From contig NC_087251.1 of assembly GCF_037042905.1 (NCBI RefSeq), positions 17,238,001 to 17,302,000 on the forward strand: a stretch of 64,000 bases of DNA, written 5' to 3'. This DNA comes from Lytechinus pictus. Lineage: Eukaryota. The notes below the pieces were generated by a model. It saw only the letters and a program-made list of their open reading frames with translations, was not told the DNA's origin and ran no database searches. Position 1 is the first letter of the stretch. Every line of letters begins with the position of its first letter. A program made the translations under genes and the position numbers. This document shows, piece by piece, positions 49,101 through 61,024 of the stretch.

Positions 49101-52100
49101 TCTGTTGCAAATGAATAAATACGAATTAGAATTTGATTAATTATTATGAGCATTTTATCATACTCACGGGTAGAAATTGGTTTTACTACCATCGGGTAGA
49201 ATCCAGCCGAATGAGGTATTAAAGCTGACTCCATTGATACCCACTAAACACTGTAGGGGAAGGTGGTTAAGATGAGAAGCTACGCCAAGACCAACGGCAA
49301 CACCATCTCCCCTTGATAACACACCGATTCGACTCTCATCAACCATCCTGTGGTAAGCCAGGCGGTGGAATAATTGCTATAATATCATGAATATATGGAG
49401 AATATAGAAAAAAAAATCGAAAGACAATTATCACAGATAAAATTAAGAGACAGTCAACTGCACGTGATACTACACACAAGTTTGTTTGTTTTTTCGAAAG
49501 ATTCCATTTGCTCCCAATCCATTGTTGTTGTTGTTGTTTTTAATCGATTTTGTATATATTTGTTGATAAGAAAAGCGGAAGTTTTGAGCGATAGGGGATG
49601 AGAGTGGAAGTATTCAAAATTATAAGGTGAAGGATGGTGAGATAATAAAAGAGAGTGAGAGGGATAGTGAAATTGAGATGGAGGGGGGAGGTAGAGAGAG
49701 AAAGAGGGGGGGGGGAGAGTCGTCTGATGTACACGTATTTTCATCCATTCTTACTTCACTTCTAATTCATGAAATGCCTAGGCGATGGTAATTTAAGAGC
49801 ATCGCAACTTTTTACATATGACATATACCAACGAGCCCCCCCCCCACCCCTCAATACAAAACTATTGCCAGAATTTGAAAGCATGACCTATTAAACAGTT
49901 AAACGTTTATGTATACAATGTGCATAATGTATAACTACTGTTGCAATATTCTAAAAATCATTACTTAGGTATTTTCATGAAACATTATCAAGATGAAGAA
50001 TAACCCAAAAAAAATACCTCAAGACAATTGATATTGATGAGGGTGTCACTTTGAAGAGGGAATCCTGTTGTCATGGTAACATAACCATGAGAAGCAAGAA
50101 GAGCTGCAAGATGTTCATGATTGCCTTCTTCTGCTCCTCGGAAATCAAGAATAGCAGGAAGAGGCTTTGAACCTACAATATAAAACGGAAAAGTTTTTAT
50201 TTTTGTGAAGTATAATTAACCTGTTGCTTACTGAATTTCTGATTAACATACAGGCTTTGCACAGGGACCACTTGGTTCTATTGGGCAATGGGTTAAGTCA
50301 GTGGCGTAACTACGGGGGGAATGGGGGGGCACGTGCCCCCCCCCCCCCCAATCGGCTGGCCAAAAAAAAAAAAAAAAAAACGGGGAAAAGGAGAAAAAGA
50401 GGGAGAAAGGGAAAGAAACGTAGTGGGGAAAGAAGAAATTATTGTTAATTATAATGTTATATTATGTTATAATTATGTTATGTTATATTACATTTAAAAA
50501 AAATTATAACTTTATGAAACATAATTTGCGCAGGGCCTATGTCTTCATTGTTCCTGGTGCTCGCCTTGTATGTTTAACAAGATATATAATCCTGTTGTAC
50601 TAAAACCTCCCGTTTTCAAGTCAATATACATCAAATATATTTCCTCGCACTTCGAATTATTATTGTTTATGTAGTGACATATGCTTCTATTTCATGACTA
50701 CTTAAAGTGATTGCCCCATTTTAAGGTCTTAATATAAAACATTTCCTGTCCGTGCTTACGTTCGCATTCGTGGATTGGTGAGATATGTCTGTTCTTCATG
50801 AATTCCCAAAATCAGTCGTTAAAATGTCTCTTTTTCTGATCTGAATATCAAAAAATTTTAGCTTGCGCTTCGCGCTCGCATCATTTGGTTAGTGAGATGC
50901 GTATATGATAATGACTACAAAAAGTGCTTCATGTGTCATTTACATGTAATTCTAACAAGATCAGCATGCGTTTGGCACTCGCATTAGATGACTATGGTGA
51001 GATATGTACTCTTAATGGATTCCTTAAAAAAATAGTCCTTATATCCCTGTTTTGGGTCAATGATATGCAAAAATTTAAGCTTACGCTTCGCGCTCACATA
51101 TTTTTGTTAGTGAAATACGTATGATCTTCGTGAATTCCTACAAACAAGCCTTAAAATGTCCCTCTTCAGGTCTGAATTTCCTAAATTTTCAGCTCGCGCT
51201 TCGCGCTCGCAATATTTCATTAGTGAGATGCGTATGTTAACCATGATTACAATGATTACAAAAAGTGCTTCATGTGTTTAGATGTATATTATTCTAACAA
51301 AATCAGCAAGAGATTGGCACTCACAATAGATGACTATGGTGAGATATGTATACTCTTAATGGATTCCTAAAATATAGTCCTTAAAATGTCCCTGTTTGGG
51401 GTCAATATATACAAAAATTTCAGCTCGCGCTTCGCGCTCGCATGGTTTGTTTAGCGAGACAGGTATGTATTATGATTACAAGAATTTGCTTATAATGTCC
51501 TTTTTAGGTCTGAATTTAAAAAAAAATCAGCTCGCGCTTCGCGCTCGCATTATGTGATCAGTGAGATACATATCCGTTTAATGACACTGTCCTAAAAATG
51601 TCTCTATTATGTCAGTATACCTGGCAACTGAGCGCACTTCGCGCGCTCTTTAAGTGACTCAAGATTTTTGCTGGTGCCCCCCCAATGCCGTGACCCACGG
51701 TACGCCACTGGGTTAAGTGCATGTATATTCTGTGGTTATGAAAAGAATTAGGAATCTAACTTTATTATGAAAGCATGAATGGAAATGAATGTCCTCGGAT
51801 GCGAATCCCATGACTTGAAGCAATCAAAATGTATCAGATTTAAATCAACATATAAAATAGACACAAATTATTGAGGTCAAAACAAGAAATTTATCAACCA
51901 ATGTATTGAATATTCATATGAGTATTAAGTATAAAGTCTGAGGGTTGACGTGAATTCCGCAATATCCTATCTCTCAAAATACTAAGATTAGAGCAGAATA
52001 TTGATGAGATAAAACAAAAATTTCTAAATGAAACAAAAATATGGAAAATCTAAAAGCAAACACAAATTAAATTCTTAACCAGACCCCCAAAAAGAATAAA

Positions 52101-55068
52101 TCATGACGTTGACACTAAAATATTTGCATTATTTTATTTGGCAGTCTATAATTTTTCACTAACCTCGGTCTGTTGGTACGTATAACGTCCCTTCCATCGG
52201 TCCCTCCTGGATTGGAATCCTCTCAATGTTTCCCGCCATGAAACCTCTTATGATGTCACAATCATCAACCATGACGTCATCCCTTGTATGATCCTTACCA
52301 ACATGGCCGTTCAGGAGGGAGAATGAGATATTGAGTGGTTGATCTGGGCGATGTTCTGAGCCTAAAGCACCAAAGGGTATCCTGGTTGAGGAAGCACGCA
52401 TACTCCACATAGGTCCGAGGGGTTCAATCCCTCGATAGGTTCCCCCTAACGAAGGCTGCGACGAAGCTAGATTATAACAGGGAATATAAAGTTTGACCAA
52501 AAAAAGTAAATAAATAAAAATTTACCACAGATACGCTCCATCGTCATCAAAATCTATTCAGAATTAGTGTTACTTTTAGTATAGGTTTTGTTTGACTTAT
52601 ACTAGCTTCAACAGATCGAAATAATCATTGGAGAAATTGTTGCCAGATCATAATGCTTTGGACAGAAACTGGGGAAAGGGTGGCTGAATAGTGTTGTTCT
52701 GGTTTCGTCAATATTTTTCGTCTGTCAAGACAAGTCGTCAGATCTGACAACTTTCCTTGAATGTGATCGTTTGAGAAGCACGTGTGCTTGACTGTTACTA
52801 TGGTAAATGTCGTCCGACAAATCCTTCATAAGACACTCCACAGAGTGTCGTCGAAGTGGCATTTTTTGTCGCTCGTCCTGGTGACGAATACAAGAAAGTA
52901 TTATTCTCAAGACAGACAAGGCGAGTAGAGCCGAGGTCTTAATAACAACTAAGATCAGGCGCGGATCCAAGGGGGGGGGGGGCGAGCCGGCCCCGGCCCC
53001 CCTATTTTTTGGCAACCAAAAACAAAATCCTTTTAACTTGACAGAAACGCTGAAAAAAACAGAAAGAAAGGTACGAAGGGGTATTATACCCATGTTTAAT
53101 TTACAGCCTCGTAACGGCCGGCCCGATCCCAGACCTACTTGCAGTGGCACCGCATTCTGTTAGTTCACAAACTGTAGGTAAACCACGCTACCGGTTCTGC
53201 GCGTATCAAGACATTCTCCTGCACATGGGTCTCCTGCACTCCATCAACGGCCGATTAGCTCGATAGGAGGATTACCATATGTGCACAAGTAGGCTGTAAA
53301 ACAGTATTTTAAAATATGCTTGAAATGTCCTGTTTTCAGGCCTTAATATCAACAGATTTCGAGCTCTTATTAATATTCAATTGATAAATAAGGTAACAGT
53401 TTCACGAATTCCTAATAATGAAATTGTCTCTTTTTCAGAATGGAATATCGATATCGACAAGTTTCATCTCGCGATTAGGAAGAGGAATAGGAAAAAATAG
53501 TCATTTTCATAGTGATGACAAAATGTCCTTACAATTTCTCCGGGTGCTTGGTCTAAATAATAAATAAAAAAATCGACTCGCGCTCGCATCATTCAAGTAC
53601 GATCCATATCCACTTCACAATTTTCTTACGATGCTTGAAATAGTGCTTAAATTGACCCTCTTCAGAACGTCTTCATTTTTTTTAGCTCGCGCTTGCGCTT
53701 TATTGATTTTCATGATAAAAGAAATGTATCTAGAATACAGATATTTCTAGGTCTAAATCTCAAAAACACGCAGTTTGTTCTTTATTAAAAACGTGCTTGA
53801 ATATTCCAGTTTCATATCAGAATATCAAAAGTTTTCCACTCGCGCTTCGCGCTCGCATTATTAATGGAGGAAAATACCCAATTAGTCATCATTTTTGTGA
53901 TTTACGAAACATGAATAGTGTGTCCCGTTTTTAGGTATAAATCTCATTTTTTCGCTCGCGCTTCGCGCTCGCATGAAATGTTTAGTTATATACCTATTCT
54001 GTATATGATTACAAAAAGTGCTTAGAATGTCCATATTGTAGGTCAAAATGTCATACATTTTCAGCTCGCGCTTTGCGCTCGCATTATTTGATTGTTGAAA
54101 TATGTATTGTTTTCATGGGTAACTGCAAACAGTTCTTACGCTCTGTTTTCCATCAGGCCAGAACGTATATTAAAAATTTCTGCTAGCGATTCGCGCTCGC
54201 AGTAATTATTTAGTTACATACACAGCTTGTTCATGATCACAATCATTGGTCAGAATATTCAATTTTCAGGACAAAATACATGAAATTTCCGTAAAAATTA
54301 GCTCGTGCTCGTACTATTCAATTAAGGCTTATATGGCATTATTCATGTTTTGTGAGAATAAAGCTAAGAAGTGACCGTTAGGACTACCCCTGCAAAGAAA
54401 CAAACAAAAATCAACTTTGAGCTGCCCATCTGGGAAAATATGGGTAAATTTTTTTTCGGCCCCCCCCCCTATTGGCGAAAGCTGGATCCGCCCCTGAAGA
54501 TGTAACAAAAGATTTTTCATCCCTTGACTCTTTAAGAAAACCCATAGTATTCTTGGTCATGACTATATTTTTAAAATGCATTATTCAATAACTAAAGCAA
54601 TATAGCGACACAACACCATGCAGGGAGACTTCGTGTTAAGAAAGGTGGTTTCGTTTTATCTGATGTTTTTCCAATAACAGATACTAATGATCAAGGCTTA
54701 GAAGAAATTTGAATGATAAAGACAACACCTAGGCTTGGCGACAAGGTCTACTGATCATAATGTTGCAACATACTTGAGACACATCCCGCTTCGTCGGCCA
54801 CGTAGCACCCAAGAGATACAAGTTTCTCCTCGCTGCATCCTATCTGAGTTTCGGCTTTTATTGTCACCGGTTGGCCATGACTTAATCCTGATGCCTTAAT
54901 GATCAAGTCTTCATCAACTAGTGATACTTTAGGGTTAACACTGATACTTGGTTGAAGATCGGTCCATATTGATTTATATTGCTGTGAGAAATGCTGAATC
55001 CGAGAGGCCTTCGACAAGAATCGACGATAGTGAATCACATTGCGAGATGTATGGTGCCAAAGTGACAT
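45996..55068 (-). CDS. Type-I acyl-CoA thioesterase / bile acid-CoA:amino acid N-acyltransferase (ACOT/BAAT/ACNAT) family protein, 467 aa; join(55068-54774, 52466-52164, 50172-50018, 49376-49168, 48002-47885, 47165-47085, 46748-46613, 46102-45996)
   Basis: Eight GT-AG exons total 1404 nt in one open frame. Motifs P.VSLVDE, YVADEAG.V, PSLGGTYRGIEPLGPMWSM, GTLYVP, PAILD, AALLASHG, GHLLDP.Y, WGGE..HA..Q...W are diagnostic of the family. AATAAA at 45849-45844. Confidence 0.9.
46288..46530. repeat. (TAT)n/(TAC)n/(CAA)n compound microsatellite
   Basis: Directly visible. Confidence 0.93.
46613..46748 (-). CDS. ACOT/BAAT-like exon 7 (catalytic His)
   Basis: LKSRLRHIGRSDQLEVIEYSDIGHLLDPTY...MPSMT. 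Confidence 0.88.
47085..47165 (-). CDS. ACOT/BAAT-like exon 6
   Basis: VENTSIPLMMFSARDNPYLPSQYCMDE. Confidence 0.88.
47885..48002 (-). CDS. ACOT/BAAT-like exon 5
   Basis: YYERAKSYKPTNGSVKLCSQFDPFRIESILSKTPDCFVP; phase 2 to phase 0. Confidence 0.85.
48041..48812 (+). repeat. 112-bp direct duplication enclosing a 548-bp copy of 53075-53622
   Basis: 48041-48152 equals 48701-48812; 48153-48700 is nearly identical to 53075-53622. Confidence 0.93.
49168..49376 (-). CDS. ACOT/BAAT-like exon 4 (nucleophile elbow)
   Basis: QLFHRLAYHRMVDESRIGVLSRGDGVAVGLGVASHL...VGINGVSFN. Confidence 0.9.
50018..50172 (-). CDS. ACOT/BAAT-like exon 3
   Basis: GSKPLPAILDFRGAEEGNHEHLAALLASHGYVTM...NCLE. Confidence 0.9.
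50299..51710 (+). mobile_element. Non-autonomous hAT element
   Basis: TIR CAGTGGCGTA...TACGCCACTG; perfect 8-bp TSD GGTTAAGT. Confidence 0.93.
52164..52466 (-). CDS. ACOT/BAAT-like exon 2
   Basis: TSSQPSLGGTYRGIEPLGPMWSM...EGTLYVPTDR. Confidence 0.92.
52956..54496 (-). mobile_element. Non-autonomous TIR element with 5-bp TSD
   Basis: CAGGCGCGGATCC...GGATCCGCCCCTG; AAGAT at 52951-52955 and 54497-54501; one end is homologous to the start of 26836. Confidence 0.85.
54774..55068 (-). CDS. ACOT/BAAT-like exon 1 (with putative mitochondrial presequence)
   Basis: MSLWHHTSRNVIHYRRFLSKASRIQHFSQQYKS...SVNPKVSLVDE...YVADEAGCVS|gtatgt. Confidence 0.85.
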
Positions 55069-55719
55069 GATGAGATCGAACTTAATTATTACTTGTTGAT
55101 TATCCGTGGTTTTGCCGTCTTTAAAAGAATTCAAACTTTGAAGGAAGCTTGTTGTATTACATGTATTTGTTTGTTGATTGACAATTCGAACGTTGCATTG
55201 CTTTTAAGTTTTCGGGAATTGTTACTTTGTGTGCATGGTTTTATGAATCCGATATTTCTTTTTACTTTTTCGAGGTGTTTTCAATCTTTTGTTTTTCCTA
55301 TTATTATGCGCTTGACGTGAAACCGTGGTGACTTTTGCGCACTTGTCATTTTCATCATTATTACGTCACATTTTTGCACCGCGCGTAGCAAAGGTTAGAT
55401 AAGATTATAAAAGTGCCCCCCCCCCCGGCCCCTTCTTCCTGAGTTGTCATTGCCTTTCAAAATAAACCGAGGGTGAACTTAAAAAATAAAATAAAAAGTT
55501 GTAAAATTTGACCTCTTATTATATGGTTTTCAGGATTCTTTGTTTAAATAAAAGATGAGCCTACTGATAATCTAACCTCGACCGGCCGCTGGCTCTAGAC
55601 CTGCTGCTTGTCGACACTGTCGACGTTTTTTTGGTAGATTATAGTATCCCCGAGAACTTCGAGAAGAGTGTATAGTATCCTCGAGAAGAGTAGGCTTATA
55701 TCAAAAGGCAAAAGAACTT

Positions 55720-56146
<427 letters not shown>

Positions 56147-57174
56147 GTCATTTGTTTTTTCTTTCATTTTTTTCCCTATTTTTTTCTCTTTGTTGCACTT
56201 ATGCACATAAAAAAGGACTTATCTAATGAAAAAGATGTTTATGTAATTTTTTATAGTTAAGAAATTTCGATTTGCAGAGCGTAGCGACTTGCCTGGGAGT
56301 GTACCTGGATTATTCAGAAGATATTTTGGAGCATGACTCAAAAGATTGAAAGTTGAAATGAGACAATTTTAAACTGTATATGCGAAATTTGAAGGGGAAC
56401 CATTGCAATTTGTCAAGTGTTGATGTAATATTGCGTATATGCTGAAATATGGTGTAATTATGGCGTAATATAAAATAGTGTAATATGGTGTAGTACGATG
56501 CTCACTAAAATGTAAATATTCTGGCAAAATTTTTACTCTCATCTGATAGATGACACCAAAACCAAGAATATATATGAAACAACCCCATGGTGTAATATTT
56601 TCTAGTTATTTTTCAAAGTGAAAACTTTTATTGATGATAACGCACTGTATGATATTTTGTTTTGTTTAAAAAAAAAGCAGACAAAAGAAAGAAGAACAGC
56701 GCCATCACGATCCGGCCGTCGTCGTCATCGATCATCCTCAAGAGCTATCTATGTCCAGACCAGAGACGAGTCAAAGAGATTGGACAAAAATAATGTAAGT
56801 TTTCGATTCAATTGTAAACCAGATTCTAGTTTTTTCTTAGTAATCTGAAGAAAATTTCGTATTTTTGTGTGAGATTGTCAATGTTGAAAATATTGTTTAC
56901 TTAATTTGTTTGTACAGTTGACTATTTCTGGGTATTTTTTTTCATTCTCCAGGAGTCCAGCACTAACGAAAATTTGCATATATGGGACCGGGCTGATTTC
57001 ATCGACCTCGGCCTCGCGCCTCGCTCGTCTAAAATTTATAGGGTCTAGACTCTAGATCTAGGCCCAGTATAAAAGAACTGAAACCTTCTACTTCTTTGAG
57101 ATTTGGGGTACATTTTCCAACACCCAGGCCAAAGAAGGGAAAGACTTCCTTATGACTTTATGTCCCCTCCACTT

Positions 57175-57602
57175 ATACTCCCCTTTCAATTCAAACTGGC
57201 CTCTTCATTTTCCCCGGCGAACTTCTCCGGCACACATTCCTCATTTAGCTTCCCCGGCGAAGAAAAAAATGTACCCTTTCGCACTGACATCTCTTCCTCG
57301 GCTAAAGTCGACAGGTGATTTACTTGGATGGAAATAAGTGGCCTTCTACATTTAGCCAAGGAAATAATAGCTAGTTAGCGCGCAGAATTAGTTCAGGGGA
57401 TTTCGGGGAGGGAAAAAATGACCTCCGGTTTGCTTTCATACTGGCTGTTTCACCGGCGAACTTCGTCGGGGAAACAGTTTCACTGGCAAAGTTCTCCACC
57501 AAGAAGTTCGCGGGCGAAGTTCTCCTGTGTACCTTACATACTGGACACTTTCCCCTTCGCTGGCAAAGTTAGCAGGGGAAAAGCGCAATATGAAAGGGGT
57601 AT
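57175..57602. mobile_element. MITE
   Basis: ATACTCCCCTTTCA...TGAAAGGGGTAT inverted termini; internal CCCCGGCGAA repeats. Confidence 0.6.
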
Positions 57603-57660
57603 AATTTTAAAAATTACTTCTCCAAATCCCCTTCTTTCGTTCTTCTTTCTCCTTACGGTC

Positions 57661-57741
57661 GTGGTTGGAACTTGGATTCGAACCTCTTGCTGCAGAATGA
57701 GGCTTCTCCATTCTGTCGCCTCACTCACTGAGCTAGCACTG
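57661..57741 (-). other. tRNA-like Pol III promoter unit (SINE head or tRNA pseudogene)
   Basis: A box TAGCTCAGTGAG and B box GGTTCGAATCC; no acceptor stem. Confidence 0.4.
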
Positions 57742-57955
57742 AAAGCGGGAATTGTTGAAAGCCGCCATGGGTTTTCATAACGGTTTAACTGATATTACGA
57801 CTAGTCTACTCTCCAAGAGTATTGGGTATTTATTTTTCTGACCAAATAAACTGATGCCATTGGGAATTACACACACCCTTAAGATTTTGACGGAATTAAG
57901 CCATATTTTGGAATATGTATACAACTTTTCCTTCCTAAATCTCTTAGATATATAT

Positions 57956-60768
57956 TGTAGCATAATGAGTTATACCTTTAAGATGTATTTCATAGTTTAA
58001 TCGTAGAGGGCGATATTTTAGTTGTGATATGCTTTGCGATTATTGGAGAAGTACGTCAGTTCGCTGGGAGCTGCGGTGGCGTGCTGTTGTAAGATGTAAG
58101 CTCCGAATAAATCAAGTTGAACTTTATATTGAATATCTCCAAAGTTGCTTCATTTGCATGATTTAGGGTGAGTGAGCGGGTGATCCGGTGTATTTCAGAG
58201 GAGCGAGAGAGTGTACCATGTTGCACAATAGACTTTTGTGAGCGAACCTGCCCAAAAAGAGATATATAAGTGAGGAGAAGCGTGGACCGGGTTCTGGAGA
58301 CTGCGAGACGGCAGAACGCTACCCCGACAGAGCTCGGTTACGCCACACTGGTGGCCGCGGTGGGATTGAACAACGTGGTATTGGAAGCTCATTGAACTTA
58401 GGCGCCTGTATTACAGGGAGCGCCACGTATATCTCCTATGGAGATCGCCAGGAGAGAGGGGTAAAGAGAGCCGAGGAAGGGTGCCTGGAGAGAGGCAAGA
58501 AGAGAGCGCCTATGCACGTTGGTGAAAAGCACCTGGAGTGTGTGTGTTGGCGACAGCGTGGATAGCGCCGAGGAAGGGGAGCCTGGAGAGAGACAAGAAG
58601 AGAGCGCCGATGCACATGGTGAATAGCACCCGGAGTGTGTGTGTTGGCGACAGCGTGGATAGCGCAGAGGAAGGGAGCCTGGAGAGAGGCAAGAAGAGAT
58701 AGTGCCTACACACGTTGGTGAATAGCGCCCTGGGTGTGTGTGGCGGAGATAGTGCCTACACACGTTGGTGAATAGCGCCCTGGATGTGTGTGGCGGAGAT
58801 AGTGCCTACACACGTTGGTGAATAGCGCCCTGGATGTGTGTGGCGGAGGTAGCGCCCATGCACGTTGGTGAATAGCGCCTTGAGTGTGCGTGGCGGAGGT
58901 AGCGCCTATGCACGTTGGTGAATAGCGCCCTGAGTGTGTGTGGCGGAGATAGCTCCTGCACACGTTGGTGAATGGCGTATTGAGTGTGTGTGGCGGAGGT
59001 AGCGCCTATGCACGTTGGTGAATAGCGCCCTTAGTGTGTGTGGCGGAGATAGCGCCTACACACGTTGGTGAATGGCGCCTTGGGTGTGTGTGGCGGAGAT
59101 AGCGCCTATACACGTGGGTGAATAGCGCCTATTGAGTCGGTGTGTAGACGACAGCGTGGATAGCGCCTATACATGTAAATGTATAGCGCCTACGACGAGT
59201 GGCTATGAAGAATGGATCTGAAATTCCTTGCAGGATAAGTGCAGCGTGGAGATAGGGATCTCTGAACGTCGAAGAGAAGTACTTGTTGGATATGCAGATA
59301 CTAGCAACGAGGGAACTGGAGCTGTCCTATGTTGGGAAGGAGCAAGTCATATCCTATGCTAGTGGGGTACTGCATTCAGAAAGCAGAGAAAAAACTACTA
59401 TGGGGCTCAAAAGGAGTCATGGGCCATGGTAGTATTTCGGAGCTGCAACAGAACTTCTATGGGCGGAGATCAGGAAGGATCATCGGGCACTTGGTTGGAT
59501 CTTTGCAGAGGCAAGGGTGGTTGCCGTGGAACTTGACATCAGCAATGAGCAGATACCAACAGAAAGAACCTTCGATCAGGTAGATCTTGGAAGCAGAGCA
59601 TCAGTCAGTCGACCGGCCCGATTGGTCAACGGTGGCTTCAAAGTCTAGTGTGGAGAAGTCCTATTGGAGGATGCACAGCTAGAGAGGAAGCAAGACATAC
59701 TCTACAGGAAGTAGGAGTGTGACCAAGGTTGGAATGCAACCTGGCATGTGATGTTGTTCTTCAGATAGATATTTCGAAGGAATTGCGTTGGAATGGATGC
59801 ACATCCGCTGATTGTTACGACAGGGTAACGCCTTGGCCTCCAAAGAAGTCTTTAGAGAGAGATCGAGATGATGAAAAGTAGTTCTAGACATGCGCCTTGA
59901 AGAAACCCTCCAGGAAAAATCCTCAAGCACTTAGAAATCCGAATAATAGATATTGGACAGAACTTTCGCTATATATTACTTTGTGCCAGAAACAGTCAGA
60001 CTCTGACGCATTTGATTTTTGTATTCAACATGTTGTTTTATGCCTTAATGTATGATTTATATTTTTGCTTCCATGTTTTCCTTTTCCTATTTTCTAACCT
60101 TTCTTATATCATTCTCATCTTGACATTTTCTGATCTCAATACAACTCTGTTTGCTCTTTCTATCTATTTCTGTATATAGATTGTTTTGGTTGTTAATGTA
60201 AGAACGGTACTCCCTTTATGTACTATGCCAATGTATATACCTGTATACTTTTAACGATGTTTTAATGTTTTATTTTCTTCTTTGGGAGAGCGAGATAACA
60301 TTTGAAGAAATTCATTTTTATGTTTTGTTGTTAATATACCTGGTCCGAGGACATCCCAGACTTGGGGAGGGGCTGTGTAGCATAATGAGTTATACCTTTA
60401 AGATGTATTTCATAGTTTAATCGTAGAGGGCGATATTTTAGTTGTGATATGCTTTGCGATTATTGGAGAAGTACGTCAGTTCGCTGGGAGCTGCGGTGGC
60501 GTGCTGTTGTAAGATGTAAGCTCCGAATAAATCAAGTTGAACTTTATATTGAATATCTCCAAAGTTGCTTCATTTGCATGATTTAGGGTGAGTGAGCGGG
60601 TGATCCGGTGTATTTCAGAGGAGCGAGAGAGTGTACCATGTTGCACAATAGACTTTTGTGAGCGAACCTGCCCAAAAAGAGATATATAAGTGAGGAGAAG
60701 CGTGGACCGGGTTCTGGAGACTGCGAGACGGCAGAACGCTACCCCCGACAGGGCCCGGTTACGCCACA
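57956..60768 (+). mobile_element. Non-autonomous Gypsy-derived LTR element (TRIM/LARD-like); LTRs 57956-58347 and 60376-60768
   Basis: TG...CA LTRs nearly identical; PBS TGGTGGCCGCGGTGGGAT (58349-58366, tRNA-Leu-like); PPT GGGGAGGGG (60364-60372); RNase H remnant near 59290-59510; flanks ATAT/CTAT. Confidence 0.92.
58470..59190 (+). repeat. Tandem array inside the LTR element (~96-bp units followed by 8-9 units of 50 bp)
   Basis: Unit GTGTGTGGCGGAGATAGTGCCTACACACGTTGGTGAATAGCGCCCTGGAT. Confidence 0.92.
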
Positions 60769-61024
60769 CTATGTTAGATAATTCTTGATAAACCTCCATA
60801 TTTTCTTTTTTCAATTTTAGTTGGGGGACATATGGAAGTCTTGCACAAATAGGTACTCTAAAGTCTAAGAGCCAAACGGCCGACTCTTGATTAGATCGCC
60901 AACTGAAATCCGTCTGTTTGGAGGAGTTTTTGTGTAGACTACTGTAACTTCAACTTATAGTCAGGCAGCAAATGTCATGATTTACCGGCTACTTCGACAA
61001 ATTGGCTAAGTCTGATTTTTCACT

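Noticed and set aside
55069..55134. Upstream extension in the ORF track (MNSFKDGK...)
   Set aside because: Begins at a non-ATG codon; the first in-frame ATG is at 55068.
56690..56990. Possible plus-strand exon and 158-nt intron (GTAAGT 56795 to TTCTCCAG 56952)
   Set aside because: Good splice consensus but no recognisable coding frame or downstream exons; cannot be supported without RNA data.
58470..59190. Regular 50-bp repeats resembling a CRISPR array
   Set aside because: Head-to-tail units without unique spacers, inside an LTR element in a eukaryotic context, with no cas genes.
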